Positions 38,229-51,104 of a stretch of DNA of 64,000 nucleotides are shown in pieces. This stretch comes from an uncultured Solirubrobacteraceae bacterium. Lineage in GTDB: Bacteria > Actinomycetota > Thermoleophilia > Solirubrobacterales > Solirubrobacteraceae. The notes below the pieces were generated by a model. That model was not told the DNA's origin and ran no database searches. It saw only the letters and a list, made by a program, of their open reading frames with translations. The stretch's first letter is position 1; the number at the start of each line of letters is the position of its first letter. The DNA lies in assembly GCA_964588985.1 (NCBI GenBank), contig CAZPQW010000002.1, positions 96,001 to 160,000 of the forward strand, read 5' to 3'. The translations under genes were made by a program, and so were the position numbers.

Positions 38229-39716
38229 ATGGAGAACCCCCAGGCCCGCGTGGTCGATGGGTCAAACGGACTTCTGCTCGAAATCGACGGGCAGATCGTG
38301 CCCAACTACGACGCCACGTTCCGGGCGATCGAGGAGGGCGAGGTCGTAACCGGCCACGTCGTCCGGATCGACAAGGACGAGGTCCTCGTGGACATCGGCT
38401 ACAAGTCCGAGGGCGTCATCCCCGCGAACGAGCTCTCGATTCGCAAGTCGGTCGACCCGAACGAGGAGGTTCACCTCGGCGAGGAGGTCGACGCGATCGT
38501 CATGACCAAGGAGGACCAGGACGGTCGCCTGATCATGTCGAAGAAGCGCGCCCGCTTCGAGAAGGCCTGGCGCCGCATCGAAACCGCCGCCGAGTCCGGC
38601 GAGCCGGTCGAGGGAACGGTCATCGAGGTCGTCAAGGGCGGCCTGATCATCGACCTCGGCGTGCGCGGCTTCCTGCCCGCGTCGCTCGTCGACATCCGCC
38701 GCGTGCCGAACCTCGACGAATACATGGGCACGAAGATCGAGACCAAGGTGATCGAGCTCAACCGCTCGCGCAACAACGTGGTCCTCTCGCGCCGCGCGGT
38801 CCTCGAGGAGGAGCGCAAGGAGGTTCGCCAGCAGATCCTCGACCGCCTGCAGCCGGGCCTCGTCGTGGAGGGGCAGATCTCCAACATCGTGGACTTCGGC
38901 GCGTTCGTCGACCTCGACGGCATCGACGGGCTGATCCACATCTCCGAGCTTTCCTGGTCGCACGTGAACCATCCGAGCGAGATCCTCAACATCGGCGACA
39001 CCGTCAAGGTGAAGGTGCTCGACATCGACCGCGACCGCCAGCGCATCTCGCTGGGTCTCAAGCAGACCCAGGAGGACCCGTGGCAGCGGATCGTCGACAC
39101 GTACAACGTCGGCGACGAGCTCGCCGGCAAGGTCACCAAGGTCGTCACGTTCGGCGCGTTCGTCGAGATCCTCGACGGCGTCGAGGGACTCGTGCACATC
39201 TCAGAGCTTGCCCCGCACCACGTCGAGAGCCCGCGCGAGATCGTCCACCCGGGCGACGAGATCCGCGTGAAGATCCTCGAGATCGACTCCGAGCGCCGGC
39301 GCCTGTCGCTGTCGGCCAAGCGGGTCGAGGACCAGCTGCTGCCGGTGTCCCGTCCCGGCGAACCCGCGCCCGAGCCGGTCGAGCTGGACGACGAGACCGC
39401 GCTCGCCCACGACGCCGAGGTCGACGCGCAGGCCCCCGAGACTGTCGTCGAGGCCGGAGTGGTCGAGGCCGAGGTCGCCGAGGCGCCCAGCGAGCCCGAG
39501 ATCGCCGACGCGCCCACCGAGGCCGAGGTCGCCGAGGCACCCGAGGCCGCGGTGGAGCTGGAGCAGGCCCCGGAGGCAGCCGTGGAGGCTGTGGCCGAGA
39601 CGCCTGACCCTGAGCTCGCCACCGCCGAGGACACCGCGGCCGCGGCTCCGGAGCAGGGCGAGACGACGGCCGAGCCCGAGCTCGCCGCAGACGCAGAGCC
39701 CGCCCAGCAGGACTGA
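38229..39716 (+). CDS. rpsA: 30S ribosomal protein S1
   Basis: Four S1 repeats (VDIGYKSEGVIP, GFLPASLVD, DGLIHISELSW, EGLVHISEL). Alternative start GTG 38217. Confidence 0.96.
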   Translation: MENPQARVVDGSNGLLLEIDGQIVPNYDATFRAIEEGEVVTGHVVRIDKDEVLVDIGYKSEGVIPANELSIRKSVDPNEEVHLGEEVDAIVMTKEDQDGRLIMSKKRARFEKAWRRIETAAESGEPVEGTVIEVVKGGLIIDLGVRGFLPASLVDIRRVPNLDEYMGTKIETKVIELNRSRNNVVLSRRAVLEEERKEVRQQILDRLQPGLVVEGQISNIVDFGAFVDLDGIDGLIHISELSWSHVNHPSEILNIGDTVKVKVLDIDRDRQRISLGLKQTQEDPWQRIVDTYNVGDELAGKVTKVVTFGAFVEILDGVEGLVHISELAPHHVESPREIVHPGDEIRVKILEIDSERRRLSLSAKRVEDQLLPVSRPGEPAPEPVELDDETALAHDAEVDAQAPETVVEAGVVEAEVAEAPSEPEIADAPTEAEVAEAPEAAVELEQAPEAAVEAVAETPDPELATAEDTAAAAPEQGETTAEPELAADAEPAQQD

Positions 39717-39741
39717 CCCGCCAGAGCGGGTTTCTGCGACG

Positions 39742-40338
39742 GTGCGATCTGCCGTTCCCTTCGTCGGGCTTACCGGTGGCCTGGGGTCGGGCAAGTCGAC
39801 TGCGCTGAAGGCGCTCGAGCGGCTGGGAGCGTCGGTGCTCTCCTCGGACGCTGTCGTCCACGAGCTCTACGAAGGTGACGAGCTGCGCGACGCCGTGGTC
39901 GGGCGCTTCGGCCTGGAGGTCGCGCCCGGCGGTGTGGTCGATCGCTCGGCGGTGGCGCAGCGGGCGTTCGCCGACCCGCAGGACCGGCAGTGGCTCGAGG
40001 GCGTCGTGTGGCCGATGGTCGGCGCACGCGTCGCCGGCTGGCTCGAGCACGCCCGTACGCAGGAGCCGGCCCCGCGGGCCGCCGTGGTGGAGGTTCCGCT
40101 GCTGTTCGAGGCGGGCCTCGAGGCCGCTTACGACGCGACGATCGCCGTGATCGCGGAGGAGGCGGTGCGCGCTGGGCGTGCCGCCGCACGGGGGCACGCG
40201 TCGGTGGACGAGCGCGCCGCGCGCCAGCTCTCCCAGGAGGAGAAGGCGAGCCGGGCGACGTTCGTCATCCACAACGACGGCACGGAGGAGGATCTCCAGC
40301 GCGAGCTGTCATCGGTGCTTGACAAGCTGGGGCGATGA
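39742..40338 (+). CDS. coaE: Dephospho-CoA kinase
   Basis: VGLTGGLGSGKST, VPLLFE; follows rpsA. Confidence 0.93.
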   Translation: MRSAVPFVGLTGGLGSGKSTALKALERLGASVLSSDAVVHELYEGDELRDAVVGRFGLEVAPGGVVDRSAVAQRAFADPQDRQWLEGVVWPMVGARVAGWLEHARTQEPAPRAAVVEVPLLFEAGLEAAYDATIAVIAEEAVRAGRAAARGHASVDERAARQLSQEEKASRATFVIHNDGTEEDLQRELSSVLDKLGR

Positions 40339-40913
40339 GCCAACGCGGCCTCGGCACCTGGCTGGTCATCATCGTCGCGCTCGCCGCCGGCGTGTTCGTG
40401 CTCTCCGGCCTGCACAAGGCCACCAGCAGCGTCGTGCTGCCGCTCAGCGACGCGAGCATCATCCGCGAGCAGGCCGCCGAAAAGCACCTCGACCCGACGC
40501 TGATCGCGGCGGTCATCTACGCGGAGTCGAAATTCGAACCGCGTCCGTCGGCGGCGGGCGCGCAGGGGCTCATGCAGATCCTGCCCGCCACCGCGTACTA
40601 CCTCGCCCACCTCTCCGGCGGCAGTCGCTTCACCGCCAGCGACCTCGCCACCCCGAAAGTGAACCTCGCGTACGGCAGCTACTACCTGCGCTACCTGCTC
40701 GACCACTACAACGGCAACGAGACGCTCGCCGTGGCCGCCTACAACGCCGGCCTCACCAACGTCGACAGGTGGGTCGCGCACGCGCGCGCCGAAGGCGAAC
40801 ACCTCACCGTGGAAGCGATCCCGTTCCCCGAGACGCGCGAATACGTGCGCCGCGTGCTCGCCGCGCAGCAGGAATACCGCACGACCTATCCGCGGGCGCT
40901 GGGGTTGGAGTAG
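40335..40913 (+). CDS. Lytic transglycosylase (SLT domain)
   Basis: AVIYAESKF, GAQGLMQI, AAYNAG, ETREYV. Confidence 0.92.
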   Translation: MSQRGLGTWLVIIVALAAGVFVLSGLHKATSSVVLPLSDASIIREQAAEKHLDPTLIAAVIYAESKFEPRPSAAGAQGLMQILPATAYYLAHLSGGSRFTASDLATPKVNLAYGSYYLRYLLDHYNGNETLAVAAYNAGLTNVDRWVAHARAEGEHLTVEAIPFPETREYVRRVLAAQQEYRTTYPRALGLE

Positions 40914-41013
40914 GGGCGGATCCGGCAGTGCCCGGCTGCCACGAGCGGATCGTCCGATCGATGGAACTGGTCGGCTCTGGCGTCAGCACGCTGCCGGCGC
41001 TACGATCTCGCGT

Positions 41014-42705
41014 GTGAGGGGGCGGCGTACCTCCATCTTCCGCGTGTCGATCTGGATGGCCCTGGTCGCGCTCGGCTGCGCCGCGATGCCGGTCTCGGCT
41101 GGGGCGAGCTTCGGGCTGATCGCGTCATGGGGCGACAGCGGCGAAGGGAAGCTCACCGGGTCGGTTGCCGGAATCGCCACCGACGCCACGGGAGACGTCT
41201 ACGTGGTGGACGGTCAGAGCAGCGACCGCATCGAGGCGTTCACCGCCACCGGAACTTTCGTCAAGGAGTGGGGCAGCGCGGGGGAAGAAGCGGGCCAGAT
41301 GAGCTTCCCCGTGAGCATCGCGATCGCCAAGGGCGGGCCCGCCGCCGGAGACGTATACGTCACCGACGCGGGCAACCGGCGCATGGACGAGTTCGGCCCG
41401 GAAGGCAAATTCATCCGCACGTGGGGATGGGGCGTCGCGGATGGAAAACTCGAATTCGAGAACTGCACGTCGAGCTGCCGCAAAGGGCAGCCGCACGGAG
41501 AAGACGGCGGCGGCTTCGAGGGTCCCTCGGGCGTGGCGGTGGACCCGAGCAGCGGAGACGTCTACGTGTCCGACCCGATGACCAACGACTTCGAGCTGCC
41601 GATCCAGAAGTTCGCGGCCGACGGTGAATACATGCACGCGGTCGGCCTGGCGGCATCGCTGCACGAACCCGGCTTCCCGGGCACGTTCGTCGAGCCCACC
41701 GCGATGACAACCGACACGGCCGGCGATCTGTACGTCGCCGACGCCGGCAACATCCGGATGGAGGAGCTGAACTCGAAAGAAGAATTCGTGCGCGTGTGGG
41801 GGCGGGGCGTGAAACACGGCGAATCGGGCCCATCCGAGCACTTCGGGGTGTGCACGAGCGAATGCCAGATCGGCGGGCCGGGCAGCGAAGCGGGGGCGTT
41901 CGAATTCGAGACCACCTCGCCCGCGAGTATCGCCGTCGACTCCTCCGGTGGGGTGTGGGTTCCAGACCCGGGCAACTTCCGCGTCCAGGGGTTCACATCC
42001 GGCGGCGAATTCACCATCGGCTTCGGCTGGGGAGTGCTCGACGGGGCCGAACGGTTCGAGACCTGCTCGACCGTCTGCGTCGCCGGTGAGAAAGGCGGGT
42101 CGCCACCGTGGTTCGAGGATCCGCTCGGGGCGGCCGCGGCTCCCTCGGGCTGCCCGATCTATGTGACCGACGCGGGCGCCAACGAGCTCGTGGACGAGTT
42201 CGGGAGCTGCGGCGGCGGCGGCGGTGGCGGTGGTGGTGGCGGCGGCGAAGAAAAACAACCGACGAAAGAAACCCCCTCCACGGGAGGCGGACAGCAGCAA
42301 CCGTCAGGCAACACGTCCACCGGCGGATCCCAGTCGGGCGGCGCCGCCGGCAGCACGGGCTCGACTCCCACGCTCACCGCCGCCCAGCGCGAAGACCTGG
42401 CCGCCACCGCCCTCGGCCTGCCCTCGGCGAAGGCGTGCTTCAGCCACCGCTCCTTCGCGATCCACATCCGCCAGCCGCACGACTATCCGCGGATCGTCTC
42501 CGCGGAGGTTCTGCTGGGCAAGCGCAAGGAGCGCACGCTCACCGCGAAGCACATCGGCTCGCAGGTCGTGCTCACGGGCCTGCCGGCGGGGACTTTCACG
42601 ATCAAGATCGTCGCGCGCACCGTCACGGGCAGCACGATCGTCGGCACACGGACCTACCACACGTGCCGCGGCAAACGGCTCAAAGGCCACCACCACAGGC
42701 TGTAG
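41014..42705 (+). CDS. Secreted NHL-repeat beta-propeller protein
   Basis: Signal peptide; repeated P.GIA.D..G.VYV.D.GN.R units; Gly/Ser linker; basic C-terminal domain. Confidence 0.85.
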   Translation: MRGRRTSIFRVSIWMALVALGCAAMPVSAGASFGLIASWGDSGEGKLTGSVAGIATDATGDVYVVDGQSSDRIEAFTATGTFVKEWGSAGEEAGQMSFPVSIAIAKGGPAAGDVYVTDAGNRRMDEFGPEGKFIRTWGWGVADGKLEFENCTSSCRKGQPHGEDGGGFEGPSGVAVDPSSGDVYVSDPMTNDFELPIQKFAADGEYMHAVGLAASLHEPGFPGTFVEPTAMTTDTAGDLYVADAGNIRMEELNSKEEFVRVWGRGVKHGESGPSEHFGVCTSECQIGGPGSEAGAFEFETTSPASIAVDSSGGVWVPDPGNFRVQGFTSGGEFTIGFGWGVLDGAERFETCSTVCVAGEKGGSPPWFEDPLGAAAAPSGCPIYVTDAGANELVDEFGSCGGGGGGGGGGGGEEKQPTKETPSTGGGQQQPSGNTSTGGSQSGGAAGSTGSTPTLTAAQREDLAATALGLPSAKACFSHRSFAIHIRQPHDYPRIVSAEVLLGKRKERTLTAKHIGSQVVLTGLPAGTFTIKIVARTVTGSTIVGTRTYHTCRGKRLKGHHHRL

Positions 42706-42750
42706 GGGTCGACTCCGACGGGCGAGCTAATGTAGGGCCAGCCCTCACGC

Positions 42751-44817
42751 ATGCCCGATTTCAAGCTCGACTCGATCTTCACCCCCACCGCCGACCAGCC
42801 GAAGGCGATCGAGTCGCTGGCCGAAGGGATTCTTGCGGGCGAGCGCTCGCAGACGCTGCTCGGCGCGACCGGGACGGGCAAGACGATGACGATGGCTGGG
42901 GTGATCGAGGCGGTGCAGCGCCCGGCGCTGGTGATCGCGCACAACAAGACGCTCGCTGCGCAGCTGTGCAACGAGTTCCGGACATTCTTCCCGGACAACG
43001 CGGTCGAGTACTTCGTGTCCTACTACGACTACTACCAGCCTGAGGCGTACGTCCCGAGCAGGGACCTGTACATCGAGAAGGACTCCGCGATCAACCAGGA
43101 GGTCGACCGGCTGCGCCACGCCGCCACCGCGGCGGTGTTCGCGCGCAGGGACGTGATCGTGGTGGCTTCGGTGTCGTGCATCTACGGCCTCGGCTCGCCC
43201 GAGACGTACGAGATGAACATGCAGATCCTCAAGCGCGGAGAGACGATCGACCGCGACGCGCTGCTTCGCAAACTGGTCTCGATCCAGTACACGCGCAACG
43301 ACAGCGTGCTCTCGCGCGGCAGCTTCCGCGTGCGCGGCGAGACGCTCGAGGTGTTCCCCGCCTACGCCGAGACGGCGTTCCGCGCGACGATGTTCGGCGA
43401 CGAAGTCGAGCGGCTGCAGCACTTCGACCCGCTCACCGGCGAGATGCTGGCCGACGACCTGGAGCACGTGGCGATCTGGCCCGCGACGCACTACAACGTC
43501 AAGGAGGGCACGATCGAAGACGGCGTCGCGGAGATCGGCCGCGAGCTGAACGAGCGCTGCGAGCAGCTCGAGTCCGAAGGCAAGCAGCTCGAGTCCCACC
43601 GCCTGCGCCAGCGCACGCAGTACGACATGGAGATGCTGCGCGAGGTGGGGTTCTGCTCGGGGATCGAGAACTACTCGCGGATCCTCGACGGGCGCCCGCC
43701 CGGTAGCCGCCCGTATTGCCTGATCGACTACTTCCCGAAGGACTTCATCTGCTTCTGCGACGAGTCCCACCAGACCGTGCCGCAGATCGGCGGCATGTTC
43801 GAGGGCGACCGCTCGCGCAAGCAGACGCTCGTGGACTACGGCTTCCGCCTGCCGAGCGCGATGGACAACCGCCCGCAGACCTTCCAGGAGTTCCTGTCGA
43901 TCACGCCGCAGCTGCTGTTCGTGTCGGCCACGCCCGGCGAATACGAGCGCACGCAGTCGACGCGCGTGGTCGAGCAGATCGTGCGCCCCACGGGGATCGT
44001 GGACCCGATGGTGGAGGTGCGCGAGACGAAGAACCAGATCGACGACCTGATGAACGAGGTGCGCGTGCGCGTCGATCGCAACGAGCGCGTGCTCGTGACG
44101 ACGCTGACGAAGAAGATGAGCGAGGACCTCTCCCAGTACCTGCTGGAGATGGGCTTCAAGACGCGCTACCTGCACTCGGAGATCGACACGCTCGAGCGCA
44201 TCCAGATCATCCGCGACCTGCGCCTCGGCGAGTACGACGTGCTCGTCGGCGTGAACCTCCTGCGCGAGGGCCTCGACCTGCCGGAGGTCTCGCTCGTGGC
44301 GATCCTCGACGCGGACAAGGAGGGCTTCCTGCGCGGGGAGACATCGCTGATCCAGACGATCGGCCGCGCGGCGCGGAACGTCGACGGGACGGTGCTGATG
44401 TACGCGGACAAGGAGACCCGTGCGATGAAGGCCGCGATCTCCGAGACCTCGCGCCGACGCGAGATCCAGCTCGCTTACAACATCGAGCATGGGATCACCG
44501 CGGCGACGATCGTGAAGGGGATCTCCGACATCGCGGAGTTCCTGCAGGGCGAGTCGAAGGTCCCGCGGGGGCGCAAAAAACGCCGCACCGCCAAGCGCGG
44601 CAAGGTGGACGAGATGCCGCAGACGGAGCTCGAGCGGATGGTGGTGGAGCTCGAGGAGGAGATGATCGCGGCGGCCGACGAGCTGCGCTTCGAGTACGCC
44701 GCGCAGCTGCGCGACGAGCTGCGCGAGCTGCGGCGCGACCTCCAGGAGATGCAGTCGGCGCAGGCTCCGGCGGGCGAGATCTTGCCTGAGGAGACTGCCA
44801 GCCGCGACATGGCTTAG
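42751..44817 (+). CDS. uvrB: Excinuclease ABC subunit B
   Basis: GATGTGKT, YYDYYQPEAY, DESHQT, NLLREGLDLPEV. Confidence 0.98.
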   Translation: MPDFKLDSIFTPTADQPKAIESLAEGILAGERSQTLLGATGTGKTMTMAGVIEAVQRPALVIAHNKTLAAQLCNEFRTFFPDNAVEYFVSYYDYYQPEAYVPSRDLYIEKDSAINQEVDRLRHAATAAVFARRDVIVVASVSCIYGLGSPETYEMNMQILKRGETIDRDALLRKLVSIQYTRNDSVLSRGSFRVRGETLEVFPAYAETAFRATMFGDEVERLQHFDPLTGEMLADDLEHVAIWPATHYNVKEGTIEDGVAEIGRELNERCEQLESEGKQLESHRLRQRTQYDMEMLREVGFCSGIENYSRILDGRPPGSRPYCLIDYFPKDFICFCDESHQTVPQIGGMFEGDRSRKQTLVDYGFRLPSAMDNRPQTFQEFLSITPQLLFVSATPGEYERTQSTRVVEQIVRPTGIVDPMVEVRETKNQIDDLMNEVRVRVDRNERVLVTTLTKKMSEDLSQYLLEMGFKTRYLHSEIDTLERIQIIRDLRLGEYDVLVGVNLLREGLDLPEVSLVAILDADKEGFLRGETSLIQTIGRAARNVDGTVLMYADKETRAMKAAISETSRRREIQLAYNIEHGITAATIVKGISDIAEFLQGESKVPRGRKKRRTAKRGKVDEMPQTELERMVVELEEEMIAAADELRFEYAAQLRDELRELRRDLQEMQSAQAPAGEILPEETASRDMA

Positions 44818-44827
44818 GATGCGCGAC

Positions 44828-45622
44828 GTGGACCTTGATCGGCAGGCAATCGAGCGCAGAGACTTCCCGATCGGCCGCCGTGGATACGATCCAGCAGCGG
44901 TCGACGCGCACCTGAGAGGGCTGGCGGCGGAGTTCGAAGAGCTGCAGCGCGCCCTCGCCAGCGGCGGCAGCGGGGACGTGTCGCTCGCGTCGAGCGCGGG
45001 CAGTCAGGTTCAGAGCATCCTCGAGGCTGCGGAGAGCACCGCGGCGGACATCGAGCGCCAGGCGCTCGAGAACGCCAGGCAGGCGCGCGAGGCGGCTGAC
45101 CGCGACGCCGAACAGACCCGCGCGGAGGCCGTGGAGAAGGCGCGCGTGCACGTCGCCGGAGTGGCGAACGTCGCCGCCACGCTGCTCGAGCGCGTCGGGT
45201 CGATGGACGGCGAGGTGAACGCGCTCATCGAGAGCCTGCGCTCCGGAGCCGGCAGGCTTGCCGCGGACCTCTCCGCGGTTGAGAACGGCATGGGCGAGCT
45301 CTACGACGCCGCGTCCGGCAGGAACCTCGTCGCCGAAGCTCCACTGCCCCAGCCCCAGGCGCAGCGGATGTTCGAGGCCGAGCTGAACGACGCGCTCGTT
45401 GCTGAGCGGGCCCCCGTGCAGCTCACCGTGCCCGTCGAGCCGCCGGTCGAACCTGTCGCCGCGGGCAATGCCGGCGACCTCGACGGCGCCCGCCTGATCG
45501 CGCTCAACATGGCGCTCAACGGCGAGTCGCGCTCCGACACCGAGCGCTACCTCGCGGAGAACTTCCAGCTGCCCGATCGGCTGAAGCTGATCGATGAGGT
45601 TTACGCGGCTATCGAAGGCTAG
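44828..45622 (+). CDS. DivIVA domain coiled-coil protein
   Basis: IERRDFPIGRRGYDPAAVDAHL. GTG 44828 lies 7 nt after TAGGAT; alternative start ATG 44819. Confidence 0.85.
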   Translation: MDLDRQAIERRDFPIGRRGYDPAAVDAHLRGLAAEFEELQRALASGGSGDVSLASSAGSQVQSILEAAESTAADIERQALENARQAREAADRDAEQTRAEAVEKARVHVAGVANVAATLLERVGSMDGEVNALIESLRSGAGRLAADLSAVENGMGELYDAASGRNLVAEAPLPQPQAQRMFEAELNDALVAERAPVQLTVPVEPPVEPVAAGNAGDLDGARLIALNMALNGESRSDTERYLAENFQLPDRLKLIDEVYAAIEG

Positions 45623-45720
45623 GACGCCGCTGAGCGGCGCGAGGCTGTGTCCTCGGTCGCTCGCGTGCGAAGCACGCCACGCTCCCTGCGTCCTTGCCTC
45701 GCTTGCTCAGCGACGCCCTA
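45620..45720. repeat. MITE/REP-like ~100-bp element with imperfect terminal inverted repeats
   Basis: TAGGACGCCGCTGAGCGGCGCGAGGC ... GCCTCGCTTGCTCAGCGACGCCCTA with central hairpin GCGTGC-GAA-GCACGC. Confidence 0.55.
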
Positions 45721-45789
45721 ACGGGCCAGGGCGGCGGAGCGGCTAAAGCATCTCAACCCGTCCGTATGGTCGCCTGCCAGAATGAGGCT

Positions 45790-46110
45790 ATGGCGACTCA
45801 GGCCACGGAAAACCCCTTCACCGACTCGCCGCTCCCGCTCTATCGGCTGGACGTCGACACGTACCACCGCCTGGCCGATGCGGGCGCGCTGGAAGGTCTC
45901 GATGTCGATCGCGAGACGAAGGCGAATATGTATGCGTGGACACCGGTGCCCACCTACTGGCTCGTGGACGTGCCCGCCAAAACCATCGAGGTGCGCACGG
46001 AGCCCGGTCCGGATGGCTACGGCCGCTGCGAGATCTACGGCGTCGGCATGAAGGTACCGTCGCCTGCCGAGGGCGTGGACGATCTCGACGTGGCCGAGCT
46101 GTTCGCCTGA
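45790..46110 (+). pseudogene. Uma2 family endonuclease with internal in-frame deletion
   Basis: N-terminal YRLDVDTYHRLADAG joined directly to C-terminal DR..KA..YA...VPTYWLVD; the ELLDG/EPD/VIEV core is missing. Confidence 0.7.
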
Positions 46111-46167
46111 TCCTGCGCAGGGGCTCCAAATCTGCGCAAATTGCGCGCGTCGCGGACAGGCTCTAAC

Positions 46168-46181
46168 CGAACGTCTGTTCG
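46168..46181. promoter_or_regulatory. LexA (SOS) box upstream of uvrA
   Basis: Perfect CGAAC-GTCT-GTTCG, adjacent to -10 TATCAT. Confidence 0.85.
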
Positions 46182-46202
46182 CCTGCGTATCATGGAGGAC
46201 AG

Positions 46203-49193
<2,991 letters not shown>

Positions 49194-49198
49194 CGCGC

Positions 49199-49786
49199 AT
49201 GCACGAGCTGGCGCGCCAGGCGCGGCTGTGGTCGCAGAAGTGGCGCTGGTACGAGCGAAACGCTCTGCCGTGGAACCGCGCGCGGATCCACTGGGAGCTG
49301 ATGCGTCGCGAGGCGTTCGCGCGCTGGCCGATCCACGGCAACGTGCTCGAGGCGATGCGCGAGGGACGGCTGGAGATCGGGACGAACGCGCTGCTCGAGC
49401 CGGACGTGTGGATCACCGCTCCCGGCGCGGCGCACGTGCGGATCGGCGAGGGGACGTTCCTGAACAAAGGCGTGATGGTCGCGGCGCACGAGCTGGTGGA
49501 GATCGGCGCGCACTGCATGCTCGCGAACGGCTGCTTCGTGTCAGACGCGGGCCACCGCTACGACGACCCCGACAAGCCGATCACGTGGCAGGGGTTCGAG
49601 AGCAAGGGGCCGACGCGGATCGGCGATAACTGCTGGCTCGGGGCGAACGTGGTCGTGACGAGCGGCGTGAGCATCGGCGAGCGCTGCGTGATCGGCGCGA
49701 ACAGCGTCGTGACGCGCGACATCGAGCCGTTCTCGATCGCCGCGGGGGCGCCCGCGAAGGTGCTCAGGCGGATCGAATACAGCTAG
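49199..49786 (+). CDS. Hexapeptide-repeat acyltransferase
   Basis: IGDNCWLGANVVVTSGVSIGERCVIGANSVV...GAPAKV. Confidence 0.9.
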   Translation: MHELARQARLWSQKWRWYERNALPWNRARIHWELMRREAFARWPIHGNVLEAMREGRLEIGTNALLEPDVWITAPGAAHVRIGEGTFLNKGVMVAAHELVEIGAHCMLANGCFVSDAGHRYDDPDKPITWQGFESKGPTRIGDNCWLGANVVVTSGVSIGERCVIGANSVVTRDIEPFSIAAGAPAKVLRRIEYS

Positions 49787-50685
49787 CCGCGGTCTGCGGC
49801 CAGCTGCGCTTTCAGCTCGGCCAACTCGGCTGCATCTATCGAGTACGTGTGCTCCGGCGCGGGGTAGCGGCGGCTGCGCACGTCGGCGGCGTAGGCGCTG
49901 ACCCCGTCGTTCATCTCCTGCTGGAGGTTGGCGTAGCGCTTGACGAAGCGCGCGCCTAGCCCGTCGCGGATGCCGAGCAGGTCGTGGAAGACGAGCACCT
50001 GTCCGTCGGTCGAGGGACCGGCGCCGATGCCGATCACGGGGATCTCGATGAGCGCCATGAGCTCCTCGGTGACGGCGCTGGGGATCGCCTCGAAGACGAG
50101 CGCGAAGCAGCCGGCCTCCTGCAGGGCGAGCGCCTCGGCGGCGATGCGCGTCGCCGCGGACGCCGTGCGGCCCTGCGCCTTCCAGCCGCCGAGCGCGGTG
50201 GAGGTCTGCGGGGTGAGCCCGACGTGGCCCATCACGGGGATGCCCGCGCCGACGATCGCGCGCGCACGGCGCACGGAGGACTCGCCTCCGCCCTCGAGCT
50301 TGACGGCCTCGCAGCCGGCCTCCTTGACCATCCGCATCGCGGTGGTGATCGCCTGCTCGTCGGAGACCTCGTAGGAGCCGAACGGCAGGTCGCCGATCAT
50401 GAGCGGCGTGCGTAGGCCGCGGCGGACGGCGCGCGCGAGCACGAGCATGTCGTCGAGCTCGACGGGAGTGGTGGCGTTGTAGCCGAGCACCGTGGTCGCG
50501 GCGGAGTCGCCCACGAGCACCAGGTCCACGCCGGCGGCCTCGGCGGCGCGGGCGCTGGGGTAGTCATACGCGGTGACCATCACGATCGGTTCGGCGAGCC
50601 GTTTCTTTTCCATCAGCAGCGGCAGCGTCATCGGGAGCCGGCCGGGGTCGGTCGGCGTGTGGACTGTGTGGGGCTGGCTGGACAT
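49783..50685 (-). CDS. panB: 3-methyl-2-oxobutanoate hydroxymethyltransferase
   Basis: MVTAYD, LVGDS, VKLEGG, GHVGLTPQ, GIGAG. Confidence 0.96.
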   Translation of the reverse strand: MSSQPHTVHTPTDPGRLPMTLPLLMEKKRLAEPIVMVTAYDYPSARAAEAAGVDLVLVGDSAATTVLGYNATTPVELDDMLVLARAVRRGLRTPLMIGDLPFGSYEVSDEQAITTAMRMVKEAGCEAVKLEGGGESSVRRARAIVGAGIPVMGHVGLTPQTSTALGGWKAQGRTASAATRIAAEALALQEAGCFALVFEAIPSAVTEELMALIEIPVIGIGAGPSTDGQVLVFHDLLGIRDGLGARFVKRYANLQQEMNDGVSAYAADVRSRRYPAPEHTYSIDAAELAELKAQLAADRG

Positions 50686-50720
50686 GGGGTGATTCCTCTC
50701 TAACGCTGGTTGACGCTCGC

Positions 50721-51104
50721 TCAGGAGAGCAGGGTCGCCACCGCGTCGTCGACTGTGATGATGCGATTGGTTTGCGCCTCCACGTGCACCACGCGGGGCT
50801 CGTAGTTCTCAAGGTCCGCCTCGTCGTAGGTGCCGTAGGAGATGACGATGATCGTGTCGCCGCGGTGCACGAGACGTGCGGCGGCGCCGTTGACGCACAT
50901 CGCGCCCGAGCCGCGCTGCCCGGCGATGGTGTAGGTCTCGAAGCGCGCGCCGTTGTCGACGTCGACGACGTGGACCTGCTCGTGCTCGAGGATGTTGGCC
51001 GCCTCCAACAGATCGGGGTCGATGGTGATCGAGCCGACGTAGTGGAGGTCGCAGTCTGTGACCGTCGCCCGGTGGATCTTCGACTTGAGCATCACGCGCT
51101 GCAT
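50721..51104 (-). CDS. panD: Aspartate 1-decarboxylase
   Basis: [36 protein letters not shown]. Confidence 0.97.
   Translation of the reverse strand: MQRVMLKSKIHRATVTDCDLHYVGSITIDPDLLEAANILEHEQVHVVDVDNGARFETYTIAGQRGSGAMCVNGAAARLVHRGDTIIVISYGTYDEADLENYEPRVVHVEAQTNRIITVDDAVATLLS

Noticed and set aside
42211-42246. GGC/GGT trinucleotide run as a contingency repeat
   Set aside because: Encodes an in-frame poly-Gly linker with mixed codons.
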